DNA from: Gemmatimonadales bacterium
GTDB taxonomy: Bacteria > Gemmatimonadota > Gemmatimonadetes > Gemmatimonadales > GWC2-71-9
Direction of reading: 5' to 3'
Length of the DNA stretch: 35,540 bases
Assembly: GCA_035573835.1 (NCBI GenBank)
Contig: DATLZT010000207.1
Coordinates: 1 to 35,540 of the forward strand
The notes beneath the pieces were generated by a model. That model did not search any database. It was not told the DNA's origin and was given only the letters and a program-made list of their open reading frames with translations. Each line of letters begins with the position of its first letter. The stretch's first letter is position 1. Positions 9,675-18,174 of this stretch are shown piece by piece. A program made the position numbers and the translations under genes.

Positions 9675-10835
9675 CTAAGTCTTGGCGGCCAGGCTCGACA
9701 CCAGCGCATCGAGCCGGAGCCACCCCTCAACTGTCAATCTGACCCGTGGCTCTCGATCCGCGTCGCCGTAAGCAGACCTCGTGCCGCCCGGATCCTCACC
9801 ATCCACGACCGTCGCCCACCCCTGGGACACCCACTCTTCGACCGTCCCGGCCGGGATCTGCCGAACCGGCAGCCCGGTGCCGGTTCGGAGACCCAAGTAC
9901 AGTCGCTCGAGCCGGAGCGCCTCGGCGTCCAGGGTTTCGACACCCTCCACCGCCGGCTCCCCCGCGAGCACCGCGCGGGCGTAGGCACTCCACTCCCGCC
10001 GATTCCAGCGGCGCCGGTCACCGAGACCGGAGTGGGCGGAGGGTCCAAGGCCGATATAGGGGGCCCGGCTCCAGTAGGCGGAGTTGTGCCGCGCCCGCCG
10101 CCCCGGCCGGGCGAAGTTCGAGACCTCATAGTGCTCGAACCCGCCGGCCTCGAGCGCCTGGTGGGCCGTTAGATACTCCCGGGCGTAGCGGTGCTCGTCG
10201 ACGGGCCGGATCGCGCCCCGCTCGAGCCAGCGGGCGAGCGGCGTCCGGGGCTCGATCGTGAGCCCGTAGAGCGACAGGTGCTCAGGGGCAAGCGCCAGCG
10301 CCGCGGCCAGGTCGGCTTCCCAATCCCGCTCGAGCTCGGCCGGCAGGGCGAAGATGAGGTCGAGCGAGACGTCCCCGATGCCCCCGGCCCGGAGCAGCTC
10401 GACCGCCCGCGGCACCTGCGCGGCGGTGTGGGTCCGGCGCATCCATCGAAGAACCGCCGGGTCGAGCGACTGGACCCCCAGCGACACCCGGTTCACGCCG
10501 ACGGCTCGCCACGCCGCCACGCGCTCGGCGCTCACGTCGTCGGGGTTGGCCTCGAGGGTGATCTCCGCCCCGGGGGCGAGGGGCCGGTCGCGCGAGATCC
10601 GCTCGACGATCCGTCCCAGCGCGCGGGGCGCGAGGCGGGAAGGCGTGCCGCCGCCGAAGTACACCGTGCGGACGACCGGGGAGCGGCTCCAGGCCGGATC
10701 GTCCTGCCATCCCGCCCACTCCCGCAGGACGGCGTCGGCGAAGAGATCGGACGGCACCTCGCGGCGCACCGCGATGGCGAAGTCGCAATAGGAGCAGCGG
10801 CGGGCGCAGAAGGGGACGTGGACGTAGAGGTGCAC
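9675..10835 (-). CDS. hemW: Radical SAM family heme chaperone HemW (HemN-like, oxygen-independent coproporphyrinogen oxidase family)
   Basis: GTG start. [18 protein letters not shown] carries the CxxxCxxC radical-SAM cluster motif. YFGGGTPS follows, and the HemN_C-like tail reads [13 protein letters not shown]. 386 aa. Only 9 nt separate its stop from the hrcA start. Confidence 0.9.
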   Translation of the reverse strand: MHLYVHVPFCARRCSYCDFAIAVRREVPSDLFADAVLREWAGWQDDPAWSRSPVVRTVYFGGGTPSRLAPRALGRIVERISRDRPLAPGAEITLEANPDDVSAERVAAWRAVGVNRVSLGVQSLDPAVLRWMRRTHTAAQVPRAVELLRAGGIGDVSLDLIFALPAELERDWEADLAAALALAPEHLSLYGLTIEPRTPLARWLERGAIRPVDEHRYAREYLTAHQALEAGGFEHYEVSNFARPGRRARHNSAYWSRAPYIGLGPSAHSGLGDRRRWNRREWSAYARAVLAGEPAVEGVETLDAEALRLERLYLGLRTGTGLPVRQIPAGTVEEWVSQGWATVVDGEDPGGTRSAYGDADREPRVRLTVEGWLRLDALVSSLAAKT

Positions 10836-10862
10836 GCCGGAAAGGTAGCGCCGGTCCGGGGG

Positions 10863-11966
10863 TCAGGCTCTCGCGAAGCAGCCCGCCGGCGCCTGCACCA
10901 CGAGCCCGCGGATCTCGAGCCCGGAGAGCACGGCGAGGAGCTCGGCCACCGGCATGCCAAGCGACGCGGCGAGGAGGTCGATGTGCTGACGCCTGCCGCG
11001 CTCCAGCGCCGCGACGACCCGACGCTCGGCCTCGTCCAGGTCGGCGGCGGTCGCGCCGGACTGCCCAGGCCCGGGTTCGGCGTCGGCGAGATCGGCGACC
11101 TCCGGATAGTGCGCTTGGAGGTCTTCGGGGCCCAGGTACGGCCCGGCGCCGTCCCGGATCAGCCGGTTGGTACCCACGGAGGTGGGGCTGGTGATCGGGC
11201 CGGGCACCGCCAGGACGTCCCGGCCCTGCGCCAGCGCCGTATCCACCGTGATCAGCGCGCCCGACCCGGTCGCGGCCTCGACCACGATCGTGACCCGCGC
11301 CAGGCCGCTGATGAGCCGGTTGCGGCGGGGGAAGTGGGCCACGTGCGGCCGCTCGCCGGGGGGAAACTCGGTAAGGAGGAGCCCTTCGGCCGCCACCCGC
11401 TCGTAGAGCGCCCGGTTGGCCGCCGGGTATATCACCCCGAATCCATTGCCCAGGACGCCGATCGTGGAACCGCCGGCGTCGAGGGCCGCGGTGTGGGCCA
11501 CGGCGTCGAGGCCGCGCGCCATCCCGCTCACCACCACGATCCCGCCCCGAGCGGCCGCTGCCCCGATGCGCCGGGCCACCTCCGCCCCGTACGGGGTGTG
11601 ATCCCGGCTCCCGACCACGGCCACCGCGGGACGCCGGAGGAGATCGAGATCGCCCAGGGCGAACAGCACGGCGGGCGGCTCGGGGATCTCGCGAAGCGTC
11701 GGCGGGAAGCCGGGATCGGCCGGCAGGAGACAGTGGGCGCCTCGCTCCTCGATCCACTCGAGCACCCGGCGTCCGTCGGCGGCGGTACGCTCGCGGATGG
11801 CGGTGGCCGCGGCGCGAGACATCCCGGGCAGGGAGCACAAAAACTCGAACGGCGCCGCCAGGGCGCCATCCGGGGTTCCGCAGGCCTCGAGCAGGGTGGC
11901 CAGCCGCGCCGCACCGATCCCGGGCGTGAGCGCGAGCGCCACGTAGGCGGCGCGGGATCCTACCAT
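10863..11966 (-). CDS. dprA: DNA-processing protein DprA
   Basis: Internal ATG at 11966 (MVGSRAAYVALALTPGIGAARLATLL...). Rossmann-like core VAVVGSRDHTPYG...VVSGMARGLDAVAH...GVIYPAANRAL...EFPPGERP...FPRRNRLISGL. C-terminal winged helix. The start overlaps the obg stop by 7 nt. Confidence 0.92.
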   Translation of the reverse strand: MVGSRAAYVALALTPGIGAARLATLLEACGTPDGALAAPFEFLCSLPGMSRAAATAIRERTAADGRRVLEWIEERGAHCLLPADPGFPPTLREIPEPPAVLFALGDLDLLRRPAVAVVGSRDHTPYGAEVARRIGAAAARGGIVVVSGMARGLDAVAHTAALDAGGSTIGVLGNGFGVIYPAANRALYERVAAEGLLLTEFPPGERPHVAHFPRRNRLISGLARVTIVVEAATGSGALITVDTALAQGRDVLAVPGPITSPTSVGTNRLIRDGAGPYLGPEDLQAHYPEVADLADAEPGPGQSGATAADLDEAERRVVAALERGRRQHIDLLAASLGMPVAELLAVLSGLEIRGLVVQAPAGCFARA

Positions 11967-12991
11967 GGCTCGGCCTCCTCGGGCTCCGCCTGGTCGGCCA
12001 GCTCCTCCGCCTTGGCCCGATCGACCAGGCGCCACAGCTCCTCCACGGCCGCGTCGATGCCGACCCCGCTCGCGCTGGAGATCGGCAGCACCGCCGCCGC
12101 CTCGGGGGCCCGCACCGTCGGGAGCCGCGAGTCCACCGGGAGGAGATCGCGCTTGGTGAGCAACACCACGTGGATCTTGGCCAGCAGCGCGTCGCTGTAC
12201 TGGCCGATCTCCCGGCGGAGGCGATCGTAGACGGCCTGCGGGTCGGGCGCGTCGAGCGGGACGAGGAACGCGAGCACCCGGGTCCGCTCGACGTGCTGCA
12301 GGAAGCGGAGCCCGAGCCCCTTCCCCTGGTGTGCCCCCTCGATGATGCCGGGGATGTCGGCCACGACGAACGAGCGGTGGCCGCTCAGTCCCGCCACGCC
12401 CAGGTTCGGCTCCAACGTGGTGAAGGGATAGTCCGCGATCTTGGGCCGGGCGGCGGAAATGACCGAGAGGAAGGTGCTCTTGCCGGCGTTCGGCTCGCCG
12501 ACCAGGCCCACGTCGGCGATGAGCTTGAGGAAGAGCTCGATCCGGCGATCCTGTCCCTCCTCGCCCGGCTCCCATTCGCGCGGGGCCTGGTGGGTGGCGG
12601 TGGCAAAGCGGGCGTTGCCGCGACCGCCCCGCCCCCCCTTGGCGACGAGGAGGGTATCGCCCGGCCGGAGCACCTCGCCGAGGAACTCGCCGGTGGTGGC
12701 GTCGCGGATTTCGGTCCCGGGGGGAACCGGGAGGAAGAGATCGGGCGCCGAGGCGCCGGTCTGGGTCTTCCCCTTGCCGTGCTCGCCGCGCGCCGCCTTC
12801 CAGACGGTGCGGTACCGGTAGTCGAGGAGCGTGGAGAGGTTGGCGTCGGCCCGGACGTAGATGCTCCCGCCGTCGCCGCCGTCGCCGCCGTCGGGGCCGC
12901 CCTTGGGCTTGTACTTGAAGCGGGCGAAGGAGCAGGCCCCGGACCCGCCGGTCCCCGCCACGACCCGGACCACCGCGCGATCGACCAGCAT
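11960..12991 (-). CDS. obg: GTPase Obg/CgtA
   Basis: MLVDRAVVRVVAGTGGSG..., Obg-fold glycine repeats GGPDGGDGGDGGSIY. G1 GEPNAGKST, G3 DIPGIIEGA, G4 TKRD. 343 aa. Confidence 0.95.
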   Translation of the reverse strand: MLVDRAVVRVVAGTGGSGACSFARFKYKPKGGPDGGDGGDGGSIYVRADANLSTLLDYRYRTVWKAARGEHGKGKTQTGASAPDLFLPVPPGTEIRDATTGEFLGEVLRPGDTLLVAKGGRGGRGNARFATATHQAPREWEPGEEGQDRRIELFLKLIADVGLVGEPNAGKSTFLSVISAARPKIADYPFTTLEPNLGVAGLSGHRSFVVADIPGIIEGAHQGKGLGLRFLQHVERTRVLAFLVPLDAPDPQAVYDRLRREIGQYSDALLAKIHVVLLTKRDLLPVDSRLPTVRAPEAAAVLPISSASGVGIDAAVEELWRLVDRAKAEELADQAEPEEAEPW

Positions 12992-13000
12992 GGTCGTGTC

Positions 13001-13642
13001 TTAACCCCCTGGGCTCCACCCCTCCCGTACCCCGCGCCAGAGCTCCTTGACCCGCTTCCAGTGATCGAAGGAGAGGAGCGGATTCACCACCGAGAGCGTG
13101 GCCTCCACCTGGGCGAAGCTCGCTCCGGCGTTGAGCGCCCCCCGCAGGTGCGAGTGGAGCTGGCGGGGCGCGTCGAGCACCGCCATTTGCACCACCACGC
13201 AGAGCTCGCGACGCAGGAGGTCGAGCCCGGGCCGCGCGAGGGTGCGCCCGTAGCCCTCGGTGATCATCCAGGCGTCGATGGCAGGGTGGAGGTACCGGAT
13301 GTTGTCCCGCAACTTCCGGTAGTTGTCCCCGTAGACCTTCATGCAGGTCTCCTCGCCCCGCTTGGTCCACTCCTGGGCGCGACCGTAGTCGATGTCCTCG
13401 TCGTCGGTCGGGGCCGGCACCCCGCTCATCTTGCGCCAGACGCCGAGCGCGATGAGGGTGCGGGGATAGCCGACGAAGAGCACCGACTGGAGCAGCAGCT
13501 CCTCCACCCAGGTGGGCGGAACCTGCGCCGCCCGCAAGGGGGTGATGCGGTCGCGGATCTCGGGTTCCTCACCCTGCGCGATCGCCGCGGCGAGGCGCAC
13601 CAGATGCAGCGTCTGTGGGTCGAGGCTGTCTTGTTTCGCCAT
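13001..13642 (-). CDS. Carboxymuconolactone decarboxylase (AhpD-like) family protein
   Basis: 213 aa with non-artefactual composition. RELCVVVQMAVLDAPRQLHSHLRGALNAGASFAQVEATL matches the CMD/AhpD helix pattern (E-l-i-x-la-v-a...H-x-x-x-Al-x-x-G-a-s-x-e-e-i-x-e). ATG at 13642. Confidence 0.65.
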   Translation of the reverse strand: MAKQDSLDPQTLHLVRLAAAIAQGEEPEIRDRITPLRAAQVPPTWVEELLLQSVLFVGYPRTLIALGVWRKMSGVPAPTDDEDIDYGRAQEWTKRGEETCMKVYGDNYRKLRDNIRYLHPAIDAWMITEGYGRTLARPGLDLLRRELCVVVQMAVLDAPRQLHSHLRGALNAGASFAQVEATLSVVNPLLSFDHWKRVKELWRGVREGWSPGG

Positions 13643-13691
13643 GAGTATGCATCCCTAGCCGCGAGGCGTCGGTACCCGGTTCCGGCCGACC

Positions 13692-14705
13692 TCAATCATA
13701 AAACCGCAGGGTCCCGCGCGCCCGGAGCCATCCGGTCACCGCGCCGCGGGTGTTGCGGATGGGCGGCTCGGCGTGCTCGGAGACTACGCCCGCCACGCCG
13801 GCGCCGGCAAGATCGGGGATCATCCGGTCGGCCACCTGCTGCAATACGTGCACCAGCGCCGGCCCGGCGGCCCGTCCGCTCCCATCCTCGACCTTGAGCG
13901 CCACGCCGATCCCCGCCCCCAGGAACGCCGCGCCGTAGACACCTTCCGCCCCGACCTTGGCGATGAGCCGCCCCGGGAGCGCCGCGGCGAGCGCGGTACA
14001 GGGCCGCCCGCTGCCCGCCACGAGCTCCGGATGGGCCGCCATGGCGCCCCGGATCCGCCGGGCCCCGGGCTCGGCCGATCCGGCGAGCCGGGCGTAGGCG
14101 CGCGCCATCGCGGTGAGCGGGAGCGCGAAGCACACCGCGGCGCAGCCGTCCACACCGAGCCCGATGTCCTGGCGCGGCACCCCGGTCCAGCGGACGATCT
14201 CGTCCAGGATCCGCTCCTGCACCGGATGCCCCGCCCGCTCGTACCCGGCGAGCGGCCAGCCATGGTGACGGGCCAGCGCGAGCATCCCGGCGTGCTTGCC
14301 GGAGCAGTTGCTCCACCGCGGGGTGAGCGCCACCCCACCCCGCGCGACCGCCGCCGCCACCGCGGCGGAGAGCGGCGGGTGCGGCCCGCAGGCGAGGTCG
14401 CGCTCGGTGCAGCCGATCTTCGCCAGGAAGCCGTCCACGAGCTCCAGATGGACCGGCTCGCTCGAGTGCGAGGCGCAGGCGAGCGCCAGCTCGCGGTCGT
14501 CCAGACCGAACCGCTCGGCTGCGCCGTCGGCCACCAACGGCAGCGCCTGGAACGGCTTGGCGGCGGAGCGCCAGAAGGTCGTCAGCTCGGGGTGGCCGGC
14601 GGCGAGCACGCGCCCGTCCGCGTGGACCACCGCCACCGACACCCGGTGCACCGACTCGACCACCGAGCCGCGCACCACCTCGACCTCAAGGGGGGACATG
14701 GACAT
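13692..14705 (-). CDS. Asparaginase II family protein (Rhizobium-type L-asparaginase, PF06089-like)
   Basis: Start taken at ATG 14705 (MSMSPLEVEVVRGSVVESVHRVSV...). SAAKPFQALPL, ACASHSSEP and NCSGKHAGMLA are typical of this family. The track ORF start at 14843 would overrun the divergent gene start. Confidence 0.8.
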   Translation of the reverse strand: MSMSPLEVEVVRGSVVESVHRVSVAVVHADGRVLAAGHPELTTFWRSAAKPFQALPLVADGAAERFGLDDRELALACASHSSEPVHLELVDGFLAKIGCTERDLACGPHPPLSAAVAAAVARGGVALTPRWSNCSGKHAGMLALARHHGWPLAGYERAGHPVQERILDEIVRWTGVPRQDIGLGVDGCAAVCFALPLTAMARAYARLAGSAEPGARRIRGAMAAHPELVAGSGRPCTALAAALPGRLIAKVGAEGVYGAAFLGAGIGVALKVEDGSGRAAGPALVHVLQQVADRMIPDLAGAGVAGVVSEHAEPPIRNTRGAVTGWLRARGTLRFYD

Positions 14706-14758
14706 GGGCCGGAGAAGATAATCACCCGGAGCCGCCGCGACCTCCGCCCGGACTTCCA

Positions 14759-14787
14759 TTGACGCCACTCCACTTTTCCCGCAAGAT
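14759..14787 (+). promoter_or_regulatory. Candidate sigma70-type promoter for the Wzi-like gene, implying a near-leaderless mRNA
   Basis: TTGACG (14759-14764), a 17-nt spacer, then CAAGAT (14782-14787). The ATG at 14797 is only 9 nt after the -10 element and has no Shine-Dalgarno sequence. Sits in the locally A/T-richer divergent intergenic region. Confidence 0.3.
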
Positions 14788-14796
14788 TCCCGCCCG

Positions 14797-16332
14797 ATGC
14801 CGTCCCCCTGTCCAGCGAAGGTCCTGATCGGGGCGCTCGCCATCCTGGTCGCGGCGCCCGGCGCGCCGGCCCGTCCGACGCCGGCCGCGGCCCAGGCCTC
14901 GGCCTACCTCCCGCTCGACGATCCGGACCTCGCGGCGATCGAGCACTTGATCGCCCGCGGGGCCGTCGCCGACCCGTCGCCGATGGTGCGCCCCTTCACC
15001 CGGGCCGACGCGGTCCGCGTACTCGAGCGGGCCGACACCACCGCGCCGCGCGATGCCGCGATCGTCCGACGCCTCCTTGCCCGCCTGCGGGATCCCGACG
15101 CGGAGCTCTGGTGGCGGGCGGACGGTGAGGCGGGCGGGCAGGGGTTCAGCCACGCCCGGCGCGACCCGCTGCATCCCGCCGGCCCGGACGGCGTCCGGCC
15201 CTACGCCGAGCTCGGCCTCCAGGCCAAGGCCGACAAGCTGCTGCTCGCCACCCGGGCCGCGCTCGAGCCAAGGATCGTGAAGGATCCCGATTGGCCGGGC
15301 CGGCGGGACCTCACCGTCGCCACCCGGCAGCTCGACGCCTATCTGAGCGCGCAGTTCCGGTGGGCCCGGATCTACTACGGCCAGATGGACCGGAACTGGG
15401 GCGCGACGGGCTTCCCCGGCATCAGCCTCAGCGACTACGGGTACGGCCGCCCCGCGCTCGAGCTGGAGCTGGTCACGCGGGACGTCCAGCTGCGCGCCAT
15501 CGCCGCCCAGCTGGGCGACGAGCGCGACAGCACCGGCGCGGTGGTGCACCGGTATCACTTCGCCCACCGGCTCGGTCTCCGCCTCTCGGACCGACTGCAT
15601 CTCGGGCTCTGGGAGGCCACCATCCTCGCGGGGGCAAGCCGCAATTTCGAGGACCGCTACCGCAATCCGCTGAGCGTGGCGTACCTGGCGCAGACCATCG
15701 GTCTGGGGGACCGGGGCAACGTGATGCTGGGGCTCGACCTCGACTGGCGGGTGCGGCGCCGAACCACGCTCCAGCTCCAGCTCGCCCTCGACGACCTCAC
15801 CTACCAGGACCGCGGCGCGCCCGACCGCAACCCCGACCGGTGGGCCCTCGCGGCGGTGGCGACCGGCCCGCTGGGCGGCGGGGCGGCCTGGCGGGTGGGC
15901 TACACGCGGGCCACCAGCCTCGCCTTCCGCGCCTTCAACCCCTTCGAGAGCTTCGTCGACCTGGGCGTGGGGATCGGGCGCGGGTTCGCCGACAACGACC
16001 AGGCCACGGCGGTCGTGACCTTCCCGGTGGCCGCCTCATGGCTGGTGTCGCCCGAGCTCACCCTGCTCCGTCAGGGCGAGGGACGGCTCACCGCACCCTA
16101 TCCCGCCGGCGAGGAGCGGGGCCGCACCCCGCAGATCTTCATCGGCACCGTCGAGCGCACCTACCGTGCGGCGGTGGGCCTCGCCGGTCGCCAGGGGCCC
16201 CTCGCCGTCCGGGCCGACGCCGGGTTCCACCACGTGGTCAACCACGGCCACGTGGCGGGCCGCACCGACAACCAGTTCGTGGGCCGGATCGAGCTCACGC
16301 TCGGACTCAGCCGCCAGGGAGCGCTCCAGTGA
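14797..16332 (+). CDS. Outer-membrane beta-barrel protein, capsule-assembly Wzi-like family (tentative)
   Basis: Signal peptide MPSPCPAKVLIGALAILVAAPGAPARPTPAAAQA. The N-terminal helical motif YLPLDDPDLAAIEHLIARGAVADPSPMVRPFTRADAVRVLE resembles the Wzi N-domain. The rest has alternating beta-strand-like segments with aromatic residues and ends in a ...IELTLGLS... strand. 511 aa. Confidence 0.55.
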   Translation: MPSPCPAKVLIGALAILVAAPGAPARPTPAAAQASAYLPLDDPDLAAIEHLIARGAVADPSPMVRPFTRADAVRVLERADTTAPRDAAIVRRLLARLRDPDAELWWRADGEAGGQGFSHARRDPLHPAGPDGVRPYAELGLQAKADKLLLATRAALEPRIVKDPDWPGRRDLTVATRQLDAYLSAQFRWARIYYGQMDRNWGATGFPGISLSDYGYGRPALELELVTRDVQLRAIAAQLGDERDSTGAVVHRYHFAHRLGLRLSDRLHLGLWEATILAGASRNFEDRYRNPLSVAYLAQTIGLGDRGNVMLGLDLDWRVRRRTTLQLQLALDDLTYQDRGAPDRNPDRWALAAVATGPLGGGAAWRVGYTRATSLAFRAFNPFESFVDLGVGIGRGFADNDQATAVVTFPVAASWLVSPELTLLRQGEGRLTAPYPAGEERGRTPQIFIGTVERTYRAAVGLAGRQGPLAVRADAGFHHVVNHGHVAGRTDNQFVGRIELTLGLSRQGALQ

Positions 16333-17372
16333 GCCGACATGCGCCGACACCCCCGCCCCTCACCCGGGACCGCATCCTCCAGCTCATCGACCGGATCCGG
16401 AAGAGCCGGATCGTGGTGGTGGGGGACGTGATCCTGGACCGCTACTGGATCGGCGACACCGAACGCCTCTCGCCCGAGGCGCCGGTGCCGGTGGTGACGA
16501 TCAACGAGCGCCGCACCGCGCTCGGCGGCGCGGCCAACGTCGCGGCCAACGTCGCCGCGATGGGCGCCCGCTGCACCCTGGTGGGCGTGGTGGGCGACGA
16601 CCAGGAAGGCGCCACGGTCCGCCAGGAGATGGCGGCGCTCCACCTCGACGACTCGTTCGTCATCACGTCGGCGGGCCGCCCGACCACGTCCAAGACCCGG
16701 GTGATCGCGCGGGGGCAGCAGGTGGTACGGCTGGACGAAGAGGTCGACACGCTCCTCACCGGCCGGGAGCTCTCGCGGGTCACCGAACGGGCCATCGACG
16801 CCCTCGCCGACGCCGACGCGCTGCTGCTCGAGGACTACAACAAGGGCACCCTCGCCCCCGGGCTCATCGCCGAGGCGATGAAGACGGCGCGCAAACGGGG
16901 GATCCCGGTGGTGGTCGACCCCAAGTTCCGCCAGTTCTTCGAGTACGCCGGCGCCACGGTGTTCAAGCCGAACCGGCGCGAGCTGGAATCGGCCCTGGGC
17001 GCCGCGGTCGACCTCCAGCACCGGGACGCGCTCCCCCAGGCACTCGCCCGGGTCAAGGCGGACAACCTCCTCCTCACCCTGGGCGCCGACGGCATGATGT
17101 TGGTGACGAAGGACCGCGCGATCACCCACATCCCGAGCATCGCCCGCGAGGTGTACGACGTCTCGGGCGCGGGCGATACCGTCACGGCATGGGTGGGCGC
17201 CACACTCGCCGCCGGCGGCAGCGTGCTCGAGGCCGCCCATCTCGCGAACTACGCCGCGGGCATCGAGGTGGGCAAGGCCGGCGTGGCGACGGTCTCCCCC
17301 GACGAGGTGTTGGCGGTGCACGAGGAGCGCTACGACCAAATCGGGCGGCTCCGGCGCCAGGGCCTGATCTGA
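16329..17372 (+). CDS. hldA: D-glycero-beta-D-manno-heptose-7-phosphate kinase (stand-alone HldA / RfaE domain I; PfkB family)
   Basis: GTG at 16329 overlaps the upstream TGA (GTGA). IVVVGDVILDRYWIGDTERLSPEAPVPVV is the HldE kinase-domain signature, and DVSGAGDTV is the PfkB anion hole. 347 aa with no C-terminal adenylyltransferase domain. The track ORF N-terminal extension (15291-) is an alternative frame over the Wzi-like gene. Confidence 0.88.
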   Translation: MSRHAPTPPPLTRDRILQLIDRIRKSRIVVVGDVILDRYWIGDTERLSPEAPVPVVTINERRTALGGAANVAANVAAMGARCTLVGVVGDDQEGATVRQEMAALHLDDSFVITSAGRPTTSKTRVIARGQQVVRLDEEVDTLLTGRELSRVTERAIDALADADALLLEDYNKGTLAPGLIAEAMKTARKRGIPVVVDPKFRQFFEYAGATVFKPNRRELESALGAAVDLQHRDALPQALARVKADNLLLTLGADGMMLVTKDRAITHIPSIAREVYDVSGAGDTVTAWVGATLAAGGSVLEAAHLANYAAGIEVGKAGVATVSPDEVLAVHEERYDQIGRLRRQGLI

Positions 17373-17394
17373 GCCGCGCCACCCGCCGCGTCCC

Positions 17395-17652
17395 CTACCC
17401 TCCCCCCAGGTGGACCTGATCGCGATCGCTCAGGTCCGCCTGCGCATCCAGCCAATCCAGCACCCGCTCCCGCACCCGCTCGGCGGTATCGTCCGGTCGG
17501 GCCTCGAACGACGTGATGGCGGTGGGGCCGAGGGTCACGTGCCACCGTCCGCGTCCCGGCAGCGGGGGCGCGTCGCCCGACGCCGTGGCACCCGCATCGA
17601 GTTGCGCGGTGTACAACTTCCCGGCGTGTCGGATCTTCACTTCCCGCAGCAT
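17395..17652 (-). CDS. Hypothetical small protein (85 aa; alternative start at 17709 gives 104 aa)
   Basis: MLREVKIRHAGKLYTAQLDAGATASGDAPPLPGRGRWHVTLGPTAITSFEARPDDTAERVRERVLDWLDAQADLSDRDQVHLGGG. Strong G/C third-position bias in this frame. GAGGA lies about 10 nt upstream of ATG 17652. No family recognised. Confidence 0.55.
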   Translation of the reverse strand: MLREVKIRHAGKLYTAQLDAGATASGDAPPLPGRGRWHVTLGPTAITSFEARPDDTAERVRERVLDWLDAQADLSDRDQVHLGGG

Positions 17653-17805
17653 GGCTCCCCGATCCTCGTGGGCCTCCCCCGTCGGCGCGGCGCCGGCGGC
17701 GACCGGCATGCCCCGGGAGAGAGGTACGACGGCTGATACCCCGCGTCCCGCGCCCGGTGCGTTCCGGGCGGCCGGAAGCGGAGTCGCTCATCATTGGAGA
17801 TCGCC

Positions 17806-18174
17806 ATGGAGAAGCAACGGATCTGCCGGGTATTGCGCGCCGTGCTGGACGACCTGGCCGTCAATCCGGATCGCCCGATCCACACGCCGCGGATGGGGGT
17901 GGGGGTCTTCGAGGTGATGGTGGAGGAGGCGCTCCGGACCGGCGCACCGCTCGATCGCTACCGGGACGGGGCCTGGTGGGTCGACACGTCCGGGAAGTAC
18001 GGGACGCCCACCGTCCCGGCGGTGGTGTGCGGCCGGTTCGCCATGCTGGACCACTCGCCGCCCATCGCGGCGAACGTGGCGGCGCTCCTCAACTGGTGCG
18101 GGATCCCGGAGCCGGAGGCGCCGCCGGGCACCACGTTGCGGGAGCACGGCGAGGCGCCCGGGCACCCCGGCTGA
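17806..18174 (+). CDS. Hypothetical protein (122 aa)
   Basis: ATG 17806 is preceded by GGAGA (17796-17800) with a 5-nt spacer; the track start at 17794 is TTG. MEKQRICRVLRAVLDDLAVNPDRPIHTPRMGVGVFEVMVEEALRTGAPLDRYRDGAWWVDTSGKYGTPTVPAVVCGRF... has protein-like composition and high GC3. No family recognised. Confidence 0.6.
   Translation: MEKQRICRVLRAVLDDLAVNPDRPIHTPRMGVGVFEVMVEEALRTGAPLDRYRDGAWWVDTSGKYGTPTVPAVVCGRFAMLDHSPPIAANVAALLNWCGIPEPEAPPGTTLREHGEAPGHPG

Noticed and set aside
8629-10862. Looked for a CIRCE operator (TTAGCACTC-N9-GAGTGCTAA) upstream of hrcA, hemW or dnaJ.
   Set aside because: None was seen by eye in the short intergenic stretches (9666-9674, 10836-10862) or elsewhere. A computational scan is still needed, so absence is provisional.
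14722-15600. 292-aa minus ORF antisense to the Wzi-like gene, and 16161..17339 (-) antisense to the heptose kinase gene.
   Set aside because: The composition is artefact-like (Gly/Arg/Pro/Glu runs). The sense-strand genes have a signal peptide or enzyme signatures.
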